Positions 17,801-27,624 of a DNA stretch of 41,478 bases are shown piece by piece. The translations under genes were made by a program, and so were the position numbers. Source of the DNA: an uncultured bacterium (GTDB lineage Bacteria > Hydrogenedentota > Hydrogenedentia > Hydrogenedentales > JAEUWI01). Every line of letters starts with the position of its first letter. Position 1 is the stretch's first letter. The stretch covers positions 1-41,478 of the forward strand of contig CAXBPH010000024.1 in NCBI GenBank assembly GCA_963977445.1, written 5' to 3'. The notes beneath the pieces were generated by a model. That model was not told where the DNA came from. It made no database searches and was given only the letters and a program-made list of their open reading frames with translations.

Positions 17801-18748
17801 ATGGAAAACGTAATCATAATCGGTTCTGGACCTGCAGGCTATACGGCTGCGCTCTACACGGCCCGCGCCGATTTGGCCCCTCTTTGTCTGGAGGGTGAAC
17901 CGAGCAAAGACATTCTTCCTGGCGGTCAATTGATGACGACCACGGAAGTTGAGAATTATCCCGGCTACCCCGATGGTATTGATGGTCCCCAGATGATGGT
18001 GGATTTTAAGAAGCAGGCCGCGCGTTTCGGTACCCGTTTTCTCTATAAGACGGTGACCCGCATCGACGTTTCGAGTACGCCGTTAAAGGTGTATGCAGGC
18101 GAGGAAGTGTGGGAGACGAAATCTATCATTATTGCGACCGGTGCGACCGCCAAATATCTCGGTCTGCCGTCGGAAGCGGCCTTTGAAAATCGCGGTGTGT
18201 CGGCCTGCGCTACCTGCGACGGTGCCTTGCCCCGATTCCGCAACAAACCCCTCGTCGTCGTTGGTGGTGGGGACACGGCCATGGAAGAGGCCCTCTTCCT
18301 TACGAAATTCGCCAGCAAGGTACACGTGGTTCATCGTCGCGACAAATTCCGTGCGAGCAAGATCATGGGTGATCGGGTTATCAATCACGAGAAGACCCAG
18401 GTGGAGTGGAACACGGAAGTGGACGAAGTGCTGGGTAACGATACAGACGGCGTCACGGGCGTGCGGTTGAAAGATGCCGAAACGGGCGAGACGCGGGACG
18501 TGGAGTGCGTTGGCTACTTTGCGGCCATCGGTCACAAGCCCAACACGGATGTCTTCGCGGAGGTCATCGACCTGCACGACAACGGCTACATGAAAACCAA
18601 GCCCGACAGCACCTACACCAATGTAGAAGGTGTCTTTGCCTGTGGCGACGTGCAAGACCACGTATATCGCCAGGCGGTCACGGCAGCGGGGAGTGGTTGC
18701 ATGGCGGCCATCGACGCGACCCGTTGGCTTGAGTCGCAAGAAGGCTAA
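17801..18748 (+). CDS. trxB: Thioredoxin-disulfide reductase
   Basis: IIGSGPAGYTAALY, GGQL..TTEVENYPG, CATC active site, VGGGDTAMEEA, YRQAVTAAGSGC. Confidence 0.97.
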   Translation: MENVIIIGSGPAGYTAALYTARADLAPLCLEGEPSKDILPGGQLMTTTEVENYPGYPDGIDGPQMMVDFKKQAARFGTRFLYKTVTRIDVSSTPLKVYAGEEVWETKSIIIATGATAKYLGLPSEAAFENRGVSACATCDGALPRFRNKPLVVVGGGDTAMEEALFLTKFASKVHVVHRRDKFRASKIMGDRVINHEKTQVEWNTEVDEVLGNDTDGVTGVRLKDAETGETRDVECVGYFAAIGHKPNTDVFAEVIDLHDNGYMKTKPDSTYTNVEGVFACGDVQDHVYRQAVTAAGSGCMAAIDATRWLESQEG

Positions 18749-18874
18749 TGATTCCAGGCGAAAGCCTGAACCTACAATAAACGGCCCCGGGCGGCGGATC
18801 GCGATAATCGCGCCGCCGCCCAGCGCTGTTTGGGGCCAGGTCGGACGTAGTGCATCCCGACCCGGTCAACGGGG

Positions 18875-19006
18875 CTACAGCTGGGTAATGTTGCTTACGC
18901 CGAAGATCAGTCCGAGGAATGCCTCTACCACTGCAACAATTTGCAACAATACATCCAGTACAATTTCGATATTGAATGCCGATTTTGGGGCCACACGCAT
19001 GGTCAT
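18875..19006 (-). CDS. 43-aa small hydrophobic protein
   Basis: GAGGAG RBS before ATG; MTMRVAPKSAFNIEIVLDVLLQIVAVVEAFLGLIFGVSNITQL. Confidence 0.55.
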   Translation of the reverse strand: MTMRVAPKSAFNIEIVLDVLLQIVAVVEAFLGLIFGVSNITQL

Positions 19007-19308
19007 TTCTCCTCTAACTGTGTTGACTTGTATTTCACAGGATAGCTTGGGCCTGTGAACTGTTCCCACTACATCTTACGCGACAGCCGGTATATTGTTA
19101 CGAGACTATCGGTTTTTCAGTTTCATCAGTATAGCACCAATGTGATCAAAATACACTTGTCAAAATATTGCTTGCGGGGTGCCAACGGCCCCTTGTGAAT
19201 CCGGTAAATAAGGGGCGCATTGCATGGCCCGATTTTCTCTGCTATGGTGTGCGTAACAGAGGCCGATTGGGCGGCCTGAGATGGGAAGAAACGGGTGTAG
19301 GAAGTACG

Positions 19309-19875
19309 ATGGGTAGACATTCGGTTAAGTTTGCGTGTCATCATTGTGGACATTGCTGTACAGAGGTGGTTTGCCTGCCTACGCCCTGGGATGTGATCCG
19401 TATGGTGCGCATGGAAGGCGTCAATCCCTATGAGTTCCTCGAGTTTCTGAGCCCCGACGAGATTACCGGCGTCGAGCCCGACGATCCCTCCTGGCTCGAG
19501 GTGGGGGAAGAGCGTTATCTGATGGCCCTGCGTCGCGACGAGTCCGGGTGTCACTTTCTGGATAAGAAAACGCGTCATTGCACCATTTACGAAGCCCGAC
19601 CTATACTGTGCCGCCTCTATCCCTTCGCGCTGCAAGAGTCGAAAGAGGGGGAGTTCCTGGGCTTTACACTGCACGACGACGTGGGCTGCCCGAAAAACCG
19701 TGATGGCGACGTGAAGACCCAACCCCTGCACGACCTCTATCTGGATGACTGTCTCCACCAAGGGGACTATTCCGACCTCGTGGCCGTGTTTAACGCGCGG
19801 GACTACGAAGGAAAATCACCATCAGATTTTATTCAGATGTTCGTTCATTACGAAAAATCCACCCCGCCGTCTTGA
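19309..19875 (+). CDS. YkgJ family cysteine-cluster (zinc/iron-chelating) protein
   Basis: CHHCGHCC, CHFLD..TRHCTIYEARPILCRLYPF, GCP. Confidence 0.9.
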   Translation: MGRHSVKFACHHCGHCCTEVVCLPTPWDVIRMVRMEGVNPYEFLEFLSPDEITGVEPDDPSWLEVGEERYLMALRRDESGCHFLDKKTRHCTIYEARPILCRLYPFALQESKEGEFLGFTLHDDVGCPKNRDGDVKTQPLHDLYLDDCLHQGDYSDLVAVFNARDYEGKSPSDFIQMFVHYEKSTPPS

Positions 19876-20130
19876 TATTGGTGACCAATAGCGAGAAAAC
19901 TACGTAAAGATGCGGAATTTGCGGGGCACCACCTCCAGGCAGGTCGGTTATAGTTGACTCCCGGCAAACTGAGGTGGTACCCTTAAGGCTTCTAGTGCGG
20001 AAACATAATCACTTGACAGGGTATATAATCGTCATACTGTGAACTCAGGGGTCAACAACAACCGTTTGAATAGGCGCCCCATTTCTTTTGAATTCCGTTT
20101 GCGCTTCGCTTTCTCAGGAGCCCTAATTGT

Positions 20131-21147
20131 ATGAAACGTTGGACCGTGATGCTTATTCCCCAAGATCGGGGTGGCACGCAGACTTTCTCATTAGCCGCTT
20201 ATCATTTCTGGATAGCCGTGGGTCTTTTTTCGGCCTTCGCCTTTACGACGGCGTTCTTCTATCAGCGTCATCAGGTAATTGCCCAACAGGCCGTTGCCCT
20301 TCAGGAACAGAATAAGTCGATACAGTGGGAATTGGACACCCGTCCCACGACAGCACCCGTCGTGGCGGAAGAAACGACCCCATCAGACGATCTCGAGGCC
20401 ATCGAGCGTCGCTTGCGTGCCGAATATGAGGCCAGCATCGCCACCATCACGGCCGAGTTGAGCGAGTTGTATGACATGGAGGCCAAGGCCCGGGATATCA
20501 CCGGTATTGCCCCCCGTGAAAAGTCGGCTACCGACGCAACCGCCACCGAAGGTGGTGGGCAGGGTGGTGCGCCTTCCGGTTACATGCCCGTGGCGTATCT
20601 CGGCGTAGACAATCAATATCGCCCGCCCCACGTCATTTATGGACTGTCCCGGCCCTCCGCCGACCTTATTTTGCAGGAAATTCGGGTCCGGCAGCAGAGT
20701 CTGAGCGAACTGGTCGTAGATGGCAAGGCCGCCGCCGAAAAACTTTCCCGTCTTCCCTCTGTGTGGCCTCTTTATAGTGGTGCCGGTCGTATCAGTTCCC
20801 GCTTCGGGCACCGGCGCGATCCCATTAATCGTCGGGTTCGCCATCATGACGGCACCGATCTGGCCGCACCCACTGGCACCCGTATCCGGGCGACGGCCTT
20901 TGGCAAAGTAATTTTCTCCGACTATGACCAGTTTTATGGGAATCTCGTGAAGATTGACCATGGCAATGGCCTCGAGACCTGGTATGCCCACATGTCCAAG
21001 CGCAGTTGTAAGGTCGGAGATTCCGTAGACCGCTCCTCCCTCATCGGTTACGTGGGCAGCACCGGTCGCAGTACGGGCCCCCACCTGCACTACGAAGTTC
21101 GTATAAACGGTGCCCCCGTCGACAGTGAAAAATACTTGAGCGAATAG
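20131..21147 (+). CDS. M23 family metallopeptidase with TM segment and coiled coil
   Basis: HDGTD (HxxxD), YAHMS, GRSTGPHLHYEV (HxH). Confidence 0.93.
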   Translation: MKRWTVMLIPQDRGGTQTFSLAAYHFWIAVGLFSAFAFTTAFFYQRHQVIAQQAVALQEQNKSIQWELDTRPTTAPVVAEETTPSDDLEAIERRLRAEYEASIATITAELSELYDMEAKARDITGIAPREKSATDATATEGGGQGGAPSGYMPVAYLGVDNQYRPPHVIYGLSRPSADLILQEIRVRQQSLSELVVDGKAAAEKLSRLPSVWPLYSGAGRISSRFGHRRDPINRRVRHHDGTDLAAPTGTRIRATAFGKVIFSDYDQFYGNLVKIDHGNGLETWYAHMSKRSCKVGDSVDRSSLIGYVGSTGRSTGPHLHYEVRINGAPVDSEKYLSE

Positions 21148-21319
21148 GTGCCGGTTGGCCCCGACGGATAGCGTGCATATTCGCTTTCTATGATGGGCTC
21201 GTGTACAATCTTCCTATTCGGTCTGTTCTCTTTCGACGCGAACGCTGCGGTTCCGTCGCGGGCTTGGGCCCCCTTATGAGGACAGCACTTACGGAATCGA
21301 TGACCGACAGGATTACATC

Positions 21320-21736
21320 ATGCTTGAATCACGAAAGTCCAAGACCTACAACGAAAACAAGGTCGCCAGCATCATTGGGCAGGGGACCACGATCAAGGGT
21401 GACATCAGTTCTAAAGGCACCATTCGCATTGAAGGCACCGTTTCCGGACAGGTGCAGAGTGGTGACACGATTGTGGTTCAGGAAGGCGGTAAGTTGAAAG
21501 CCGACCTGGTCGCTGGTCAAATCATCATCAGTGGCGAAGTTCACGGCAACGTACTGGCCCACGAACGCCTCGAGATCTGTGCCGGCGGAAAAGTAATCGG
21601 TGATATTACCGCGCCCCGCGTAAGTATTGCAGAGGGTGTTTTGTTTGAAGGTAAGTGCACCATGAAAGCCCCCGGTGCAGCCCCCGCCCAGGCCCCCAAC
21701 ACGGGCAAACAGTCGGCGACTTCAGGCAAAGAGTAA
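21320..21736 (+). CDS. Bactofilin (polymer-forming cytoskeletal protein, CcmA family)
   Basis: SIIGQGTTIKGDI..GTIRIEG.V.G..., IAEGVLFEGKCTM. Confidence 0.92.
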   Translation: MLESRKSKTYNENKVASIIGQGTTIKGDISSKGTIRIEGTVSGQVQSGDTIVVQEGGKLKADLVAGQIIISGEVHGNVLAHERLEICAGGKVIGDITAPRVSIAEGVLFEGKCTMKAPGAAPAQAPNTGKQSATSGKE

Positions 21737-21811
21737 TCCCAGGGAAATCCGGAGCCCTATCACGTCGCAGCGTTGCGCCCATGAGTGGTCACAGTGCTGG
21801 AGTATCTTCCC

Positions 21812-22948
21812 ATGGACCTCGCTCCATCAAAATCTTCAAAAATCCTCGTGGCCATGAGTGGTGGCGTCGATAGTGCCGTCACGGCTTCCCTGCTGGTTAA
21901 GGCGGGCTACGACTGTGTCGGTGTGACCATGCGCCTTGTTCCCGAGCATGAGGAAAAGTCCGTTTTCGAACCCTGTTGTGGTCTCGAAGCGGCGGAAGAC
22001 GCCCGACGGGTCTGTGAAAAGGTCGGCATTCCCCACCAGGTGATGCATGCGGTCGATCGCTTTGATCGCGACATCATTACCCATTTTGTGGAGGAATACC
22101 AGCAGGGGCGCACCCCCAACCCCTGTGCCCGGTGTAACCGCATGATCAAATTTGGTGCCCTCTATCAATGGGCCGATAAGATTGGGGCGGATTACATTGC
22201 CATGGGCCACTATGCCCGTCTTGAGCGACTCGGCGGAAGACATTCTCTGCGGCGGGCCGTTCACCGGCCCAAAGACCAGAGTTATGTACTTTCGCCCCTG
22301 ACACAGCCCCAACTTCGCCGTGCCTGGTTTCCCCTGGGGGAAATGACCAAGCAAGAAGTGCGCGACCATGCCTGGGGACTGGATTTTGGAATGGCAACCA
22401 AAAAAGAAAGTCAGGAAATCTGCTTTATCCCCAATCGGGACTATGCCGGTTGGATTGAGAAGCGGGCCGAAGCCATGCCAGCGGGGCCGATTCTTTCGAC
22501 CGACGGCACGGTGTTGGGACAGCACAACGGAATTATGCACTACACCATTGGTCAACGCCGGGGACTGGGCGTCAGCGGACCACGTCCCTACTATGTTGTG
22601 CGTTTGGACCGGGAACAGAATGCCGTGATAGTCGGGTTTGCTGAGGAAACCTTCTCCTCATCCTTTACCACGGGTCCCATCTGCTGGGGGGGGCTGGGTC
22701 GCCAGGATGAGCCATTCCGATGTCTCGTCCAGTTGCGTTCACGCCATCAAGCGGTGGAAGTAACCGTTCATCCCCATTTGCGGGGAAGCCTTGTGGAGTT
22801 TGATGCGCCTGAGCAGGCTATCACGCCGGGCCAGTGGGCGGTGTTCTATGACAACGACGGCTTTGTGCTGGCCTCGGCAATCGTTCAGGGCTTCCGCCTT
22901 GTAGCCCCCGGTTCCGAGATTGCGGAACGTACGGCAGGCGTTTCCTGA
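21812..22948 (+). CDS. mnmA: tRNA 2-thiouridine(34) synthase
   Basis: AMSGGVDS PP-loop, GRTPNPCARCN, GHYAR, KDQSY, ESQEICF, YTIGQRRGL, AITPGQ. Confidence 0.95.
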   Translation: MDLAPSKSSKILVAMSGGVDSAVTASLLVKAGYDCVGVTMRLVPEHEEKSVFEPCCGLEAAEDARRVCEKVGIPHQVMHAVDRFDRDIITHFVEEYQQGRTPNPCARCNRMIKFGALYQWADKIGADYIAMGHYARLERLGGRHSLRRAVHRPKDQSYVLSPLTQPQLRRAWFPLGEMTKQEVRDHAWGLDFGMATKKESQEICFIPNRDYAGWIEKRAEAMPAGPILSTDGTVLGQHNGIMHYTIGQRRGLGVSGPRPYYVVRLDREQNAVIVGFAEETFSSSFTTGPICWGGLGRQDEPFRCLVQLRSRHQAVEVTVHPHLRGSLVEFDAPEQAITPGQWAVFYDNDGFVLASAIVQGFRLVAPGSEIAERTAGVS

Positions 22949-22960
22949 ACCGGCTTCTAT

Positions 22961-23479
22961 CTAGTAATAGGTAGATCCACCGGTAATCAGTTCGGTGATT
23001 TCCGTGTATCCCAAAGACAGGGCCATGTCGGCGGCCGTCATCCCGTCGATGCATTCATCGCGCTTATTGGGGTCGGCACCGTAGGTCAAAAGTAATTCAA
23101 CAATTTCGCGGTTGCCCGTGACACAGGCCCACTGCAACGGGGTCATTCCGATATTGCTTTCTGCATTTACATCGCAGGTATCCAACAGGGCGATGACCGT
23201 GTCGATGTGACCTTCCCGTACGGCCTTGTGCAATGGGGTTTCGCAAAGGTCATCCAACTGAGACGGATCGGTTCCGATACGCAATAGCGAGTGAATGGCT
23301 TCGGTGAGGCCGAGGTAGGCGGCCCGGTGCATGGGGGGGGCTTTTGTATCCATGACTTTTTCATCGTCTCTCACCTGGCGCAGCATCATTTCTGCCAGCG
23401 CCATGTGTCCACTGCCAAATGCACGATCCAGCGGGGTCTTCCCACTATCGTCCAGGGTGTGTAACCATACAGCTTTCAT
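22961..23479 (-). CDS. Ankyrin repeat protein
   Basis: GKTPLDRA, ETPLHKAV, GMTPLQWAC, LLLTYGADPN; ATG at 23479 spaced from AGGAGG. Confidence 0.88.
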   Translation of the reverse strand: MKAVWLHTLDDSGKTPLDRAFGSGHMALAEMMLRQVRDDEKVMDTKAPPMHRAAYLGLTEAIHSLLRIGTDPSQLDDLCETPLHKAVREGHIDTVIALLDTCDVNAESNIGMTPLQWACVTGNREIVELLLTYGADPNKRDECIDGMTAADMALSLGYTEITELITGGSTYY

Positions 23480-23525
23480 AGGCACTACCTCCTTTTCTCG
23501 GTCAGATTAACTTCCGGTATGTATA

Positions 23526-23541
23526 AGCAAGGAGGGTGCCA
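23526..23541 (-). promoter_or_regulatory. Sigma54 (-24/-12) promoter of the ankyrin gene
   Basis: TGGCACCCTCCTTGCT matches TGGCAC-N5-TTGCW. Confidence 0.75.
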
Positions 23542-24090
23542 ACAGTGTCCTTGCGCGCGTTTCAGAATGGGATAAAATCCTAAGTTTATTGTAGTTAACG
23601 GGTTACGGTGTTCGGTTTTGTTGAGAGCCCAAGGGGTATTCCTTCAAATGGCGTGACCCGTTACCGCGAAATTGCCGACCCCTCGTCAGAGTGACGGAAA
23701 TCGGATAATTGTTCCGTCAGTCGGTTGGTCCCGGGTGGCCACCGGAGCCTTCCGTGGTTGCCCAAACTCATTCATCTATTAATACGTAACCAGTGCATTT
23801 TCGTATCAACGCCGGTTAAATTTTATAGGTGCGTCGTTACTTGCCCCATCGCATCCGTAGAATTCAGGAAAATCGCATTAAAATAGCTCCATTCGCTTCG
23901 CGAGGGATGGGTCAGGCCACAGGGGCTCCCGACATTGGGGGCCCGTGGTTTGGGATTCTGCATCAGGAGACTAATTTTAACGGGTTTGCCCTGCAGTAAG
24001 ATGGCAATTTCGCTTTGATTGTGATAGTCTACCGTATATAGAGGTATGGTGCCGAGAATGGTCTCCATGTCGTTGTTTAGGGAGCTTTGC

Positions 24091-24954
24091 GTGAAGAATA
24101 CAGCTTGGTGCGTCCATGGTGTGGTGGTGATGGTGATGGCCCTTGGGGTTCTCCAGGGCTGTGAAGCACCCTTGCCCGCGACGCCCCCAACCAATGGGGT
24201 ACCTGTTGACACCGCCAATGCTTGGGCCGAATGGCAGGCTATCGCCGCGAAAGACCAGCAAGAATGGGATCTTGAGCAAGCAATTCGCCTTGCGTCGGCC
24301 ATGGCCGAGCGTCCATCGGGGCTACGGCCCATGCTGCTCGCTGTGGGTGATGAGAAGGTGTCTCCCCAGACTAAAGTTTTGGTAGTATTATGTTTGACGC
24401 CAATTAAGGATGTGCTTGCACCCTATGAGGCGATGTTGACAGAATTGATAGACCCCACAAAGGGGTCTGGTGTTCGTACCTTTGGCGCTCACTTGCTCGG
24501 CCTTCTGGAAAGTCCCGAAGCAGTAGCGCAGGTGACCGGGCTGCTTGATGACCCTGATCGTTCCGTACGTGAATCGGCGTTGGGCGTTTTAGTCGCCTTG
24601 CATGGTGACGCGGTTACGGCGCGATTGGACGAATTCTGGGCACGCCCCGATACGACCCTGGCCATACGGGAACAGGTAATTCTGGGCATGGCTCCCGAAT
24701 TGGTGGAACAACATCTTGCGCTCTTTGCGGATACCGTAGTGAATCTGGAAGTGAGCGCCGCAGCGCGTTACAAATCGGCGACGGTGTTGGGGCAGGCTGG
24801 AAACGCGTCGCATAGTACTGCGATGGAGCGGTGTGCGGCCCATGACCCCGATCCTTACGTGCAAGAACGTGCAGAAAATGGTCTGGCGCTTCTACGCGCC
24901 CGTGCCGGTGTGCCAGCAGGGGATCCCGCTGCGGCCACAAACAGCGAACAATAA
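24091..24954 (+). CDS. HEAT-repeat lipoprotein
   Basis: Hydrophobic signal with lipobox LQGC; LLDDPDRSVRESAL and HDPDPYVQERA HEAT-like repeats; start uncertain. Confidence 0.7.
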   Translation: MKNTAWCVHGVVVMVMALGVLQGCEAPLPATPPTNGVPVDTANAWAEWQAIAAKDQQEWDLEQAIRLASAMAERPSGLRPMLLAVGDEKVSPQTKVLVVLCLTPIKDVLAPYEAMLTELIDPTKGSGVRTFGAHLLGLLESPEAVAQVTGLLDDPDRSVRESALGVLVALHGDAVTARLDEFWARPDTTLAIREQVILGMAPELVEQHLALFADTVVNLEVSAAARYKSATVLGQAGNASHSTAMERCAAHDPDPYVQERAENGLALLRARAGVPAGDPAAATNSEQ

Positions 24955-25003
24955 TCCGCAGGCCGCCCACGAAGGGCCAGGCTTGGGGCGAAGGAGTAGA
25001 CAG

Positions 25004-25324
25004 GTGTTATTTGGAAAGGGACGTCGAGAGATCGGTGTACGCCCGAGCGGCACAACGCCGGGATTGTTACAGCCCGAAATGTACGTTGTCGCCTATGAGA
25101 AGATGCTTAAGGGTAACAAACTCGCCCGACGTGGTAAACCCATCCGGCAGGTTGCCGTTGTGGTAAATGGCACGGTTAGACTTGTTACCAGTGGTGATTC
25201 CGTGGATCGAAAGACCTATGAGGCCTTGGTTTTGGGCGGTGTATTACCTGCGGAAGGGACCGTTACGCCCCCGGAGCTAATCGAGGCCGAAGAGCCCCAG
25301 GGCGTTGACCTGACGGACAAATGA
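25004..25324 (+). CDS. Hypothetical protein
   Basis: GTG after AAGGAG; 106 aa. Confidence 0.6.
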   Translation: MLFGKGRREIGVRPSGTTPGLLQPEMYVVAYEKMLKGNKLARRGKPIRQVAVVVNGTVRLVTSGDSVDRKTYEALVLGGVLPAEGTVTPPELIEAEEPQGVDLTDK

Positions 25325-25360
25325 GGCGCACCGCACGTCAACGTGCGGACGCAGGGCTAG

Positions 25361-26518
25361 GTGATTATGGACTTCACAGCTGACGGGACTGCACCGTCCA
25401 ATGTGTCCGTCTCCATGATTGTCCGAAATGAGGCCAAGCGGCTTTCCCGATGTATTGCCTCTCTGATGCCTATTGTTGGTGAGGTGTGTATCCTGGATAC
25501 GGGTTCCGAGGATGACACGGTGGCGGTGGCCCGCTCCCTGGGATGCACCATTTCCCATTTTTCCTGGTGTGACGATTTCTCTGCTGCCCGCAATGCGGCC
25601 CTGGCTCCGTGCCAATACCCCTGGATACTATCGTTAGATGCGGATGAGATTATTGCCACGGAAGACTATTCCGCATTCCGTGCGCTGACTGCGCACCCAC
25701 CCACCTTTGCCAGTCGATTTATCACGCGCAACTATACCAATCAGGTGAGTGCCAGTGGTTTTCAGCCCCTGCAACCCGGCGCGCCCTATAGCGAAGGGTT
25801 TTCCGGGTGGTTTCCCAGTGCAAAGGTTCGCCTCTTTCCTAATCGGGATGACATCTGCTTTGAGGGGGCGGTCCATGAACTGCCAAACCCCTCGCTGGAA
25901 CGGTGCGCGATTCCGGTAGTCGATGCCGACATACCCATCCACCACCACCCCTTATTGCACGCATCTCCCAACGCCCCGGCCGAAAAGCAGCGGCTCTATC
26001 TGGCACTGGGGAAGAAGAAAATAGCGGCATCTCCAGGGGACCCGAAGGCCCACAGCGAATTGGGAGACCAATACGTTGACATGGGCGCCTACGGGGAGGC
26101 CCTGACGGCCTACAGACAAGCCGTGGCGCTGGATCCCGGTTCGGGCATGTGGCTCAAGAACCTGGGTGCCGTTCTTTTTTTGTTGGGGCGGTACGAACAG
26201 GCGCGGCAGGCCTTGCAGTTGGCCGTAGAACGGGCTCCAGAACTCGAAGAGGGCTGGCGCAATCTCGGGGTCGTATTGATTCAACGTGGGGACCCGCAGA
26301 AGGCCTGTGGCGCCCTTTCCCGTGCGTTGGCCCTCAATGACCGCCATCCGGACAACTATCGCTACCTGGCCCTCGCACAGCAGGGTGCGGGCGATGTTGC
26401 CGGTGCCCTTGGGACGCTGGAAGCGCTCCTCCAACGTTTTCCCTATAGCGAAGAGGGCAGAATGCTCTACGAAAACCTGATGGACGGTGGGGAAGACCCA
26501 TCGGGCATTTCCGAATAA
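25361..26518 (+). CDS. Glycosyltransferase family 2 with C-terminal TPR repeats (putative flagellin glycosyltransferase)
   Basis: SVSMIVRNE, DTGSEDDT, DFSAARN, SLDADE, FEGAVHE; TPR repeats; directly upstream of flagellin. Confidence 0.88.
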   Translation: MIMDFTADGTAPSNVSVSMIVRNEAKRLSRCIASLMPIVGEVCILDTGSEDDTVAVARSLGCTISHFSWCDDFSAARNAALAPCQYPWILSLDADEIIATEDYSAFRALTAHPPTFASRFITRNYTNQVSASGFQPLQPGAPYSEGFSGWFPSAKVRLFPNRDDICFEGAVHELPNPSLERCAIPVVDADIPIHHHPLLHASPNAPAEKQRLYLALGKKKIAASPGDPKAHSELGDQYVDMGAYGEALTAYRQAVALDPGSGMWLKNLGAVLFLLGRYEQARQALQLAVERAPELEEGWRNLGVVLIQRGDPQKACGALSRALALNDRHPDNYRYLALAQQGAGDVAGALGTLEALLQRFPYSEEGRMLYENLMDGGEDPSGISE

Positions 26519-26565
26519 GGTGCGTCGACAATAACGCGACGGACAGAATTTCGAGCCTCCGCACC

Positions 26566-26593
26566 TAAAGTTCCCTCCCCTATTTGCCGATAC
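26566..26593 (+). promoter_or_regulatory. Sigma28 (FliA/SigD) promoter
   Basis: TAAA-16 bp-GCCGATAC upstream of flagellin. Confidence 0.8.
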
Positions 26594-26637
26594 TATTTCT
26601 TGAAGCCAGTCGCAGCAACGCGAATGACTTCAGCCAA

Positions 26638-26673
26638 TGCACGGATGCAGAGGCTAGCCCAATCACGGAGGAG
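26638..26673 (+). promoter_or_regulatory. Putative CsrA-binding sites in the flagellin 5' UTR
   Basis: TGC-ACGGAT-GCA hairpin with ANGGA in the loop, plus ACGGAGGAG overlapping the Shine-Dalgarno. Confidence 0.6.
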
Positions 26674-26680
26674 TGTTGTC

Positions 26681-27499
26681 ATGGGTTTACGAATTAATAC
26701 TAACGTTGCCGCCTTGAATACCAGTCGCATTCTGCGGCGCAACACCTTAGACCTCAACAAATCCCTCGAACGCCTGTCCAGTGGTCTGCGCATTAACCGC
26801 GCTGCCGATGATGCCGCTGGTCTGGCCATCGCCGAGGGATTTCGTTCCCAAGTTCGCGGTAGCGTGGTCGCCGCCCGAAATGCCCAGGATGGTATCAACC
26901 TGGTGCAAACTGCGGAAGGTTCTCTCGGTGAATCGTCCAACATACTTCAACGTATCCGTGAGCTGGCTATCCAGGCCGCCAACGGAACCAACAGCACGGA
27001 CAACCGGCTTTCACTGAATCTGGAAGTAACTCAGTTGCTGGAACAGCTGGACGACATCGCGTTGGATACGGAATTCAACGGCGTGCTCGTGCTCAGTTCG
27101 GCACAGACGATTACGTTGCAGACGGGTCCCGAAGCGGGCCAGACTTTGCGGATTATCGTCGGGGGCGCGAAAACCAGCGATCTGGGCGTGACGGGTCTTG
27201 CTATATCCACAGTCGCCTCTGCGGTCACTACCTTAAGCACCGTGGATGTTGCCCTCCAGAGAGTTAATGATCTGCGGGCCACTTTGGGTGCCCTTCAGAA
27301 CCGACTTGAATTCACCATCAATACCCTGGGTATTCAGGAAGAGAATGCAGCGGCATCAGAGAGCGCGATTCGCGACGCAGATATCGCACAGGAAACCTTG
27401 AAGTTCACGAGAAATCAGATTTTGGTCAGTGCGGGTACCACCGTTCTGGCGCAGGCGAATATCGTTCCACAGACGGCTCTCCAGTTGCTTGGTGGATAA
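26681..27499 (+). CDS. fliC: Flagellin (short, 272 aa)
   Basis: MGLRINTNVAAL, ERLSSGLRINRAADDAAGLAI, RATLGALQNRLE, SAIRDADIAQE, LAQAN..PQ.ALQLL. Confidence 0.96.
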   Translation: MGLRINTNVAALNTSRILRRNTLDLNKSLERLSSGLRINRAADDAAGLAIAEGFRSQVRGSVVAARNAQDGINLVQTAEGSLGESSNILQRIRELAIQAANGTNSTDNRLSLNLEVTQLLEQLDDIALDTEFNGVLVLSSAQTITLQTGPEAGQTLRIIVGGAKTSDLGVTGLAISTVASAVTTLSTVDVALQRVNDLRATLGALQNRLEFTINTLGIQEENAAASESAIRDADIAQETLKFTRNQILVSAGTTVLAQANIVPQTALQLLGG

Positions 27500-27624
27500 G
27501 TCTGAATACGTTTTTCTCCTCCACTTTATATTCGCCCGGCGGCCTGACCGCCGGGTGAATTGTTTTGGGCTGGATTGGAAATCAGGGCTTGACTTTATGT
27601 ACGTCGTGGGCCATGATGCGCGGT

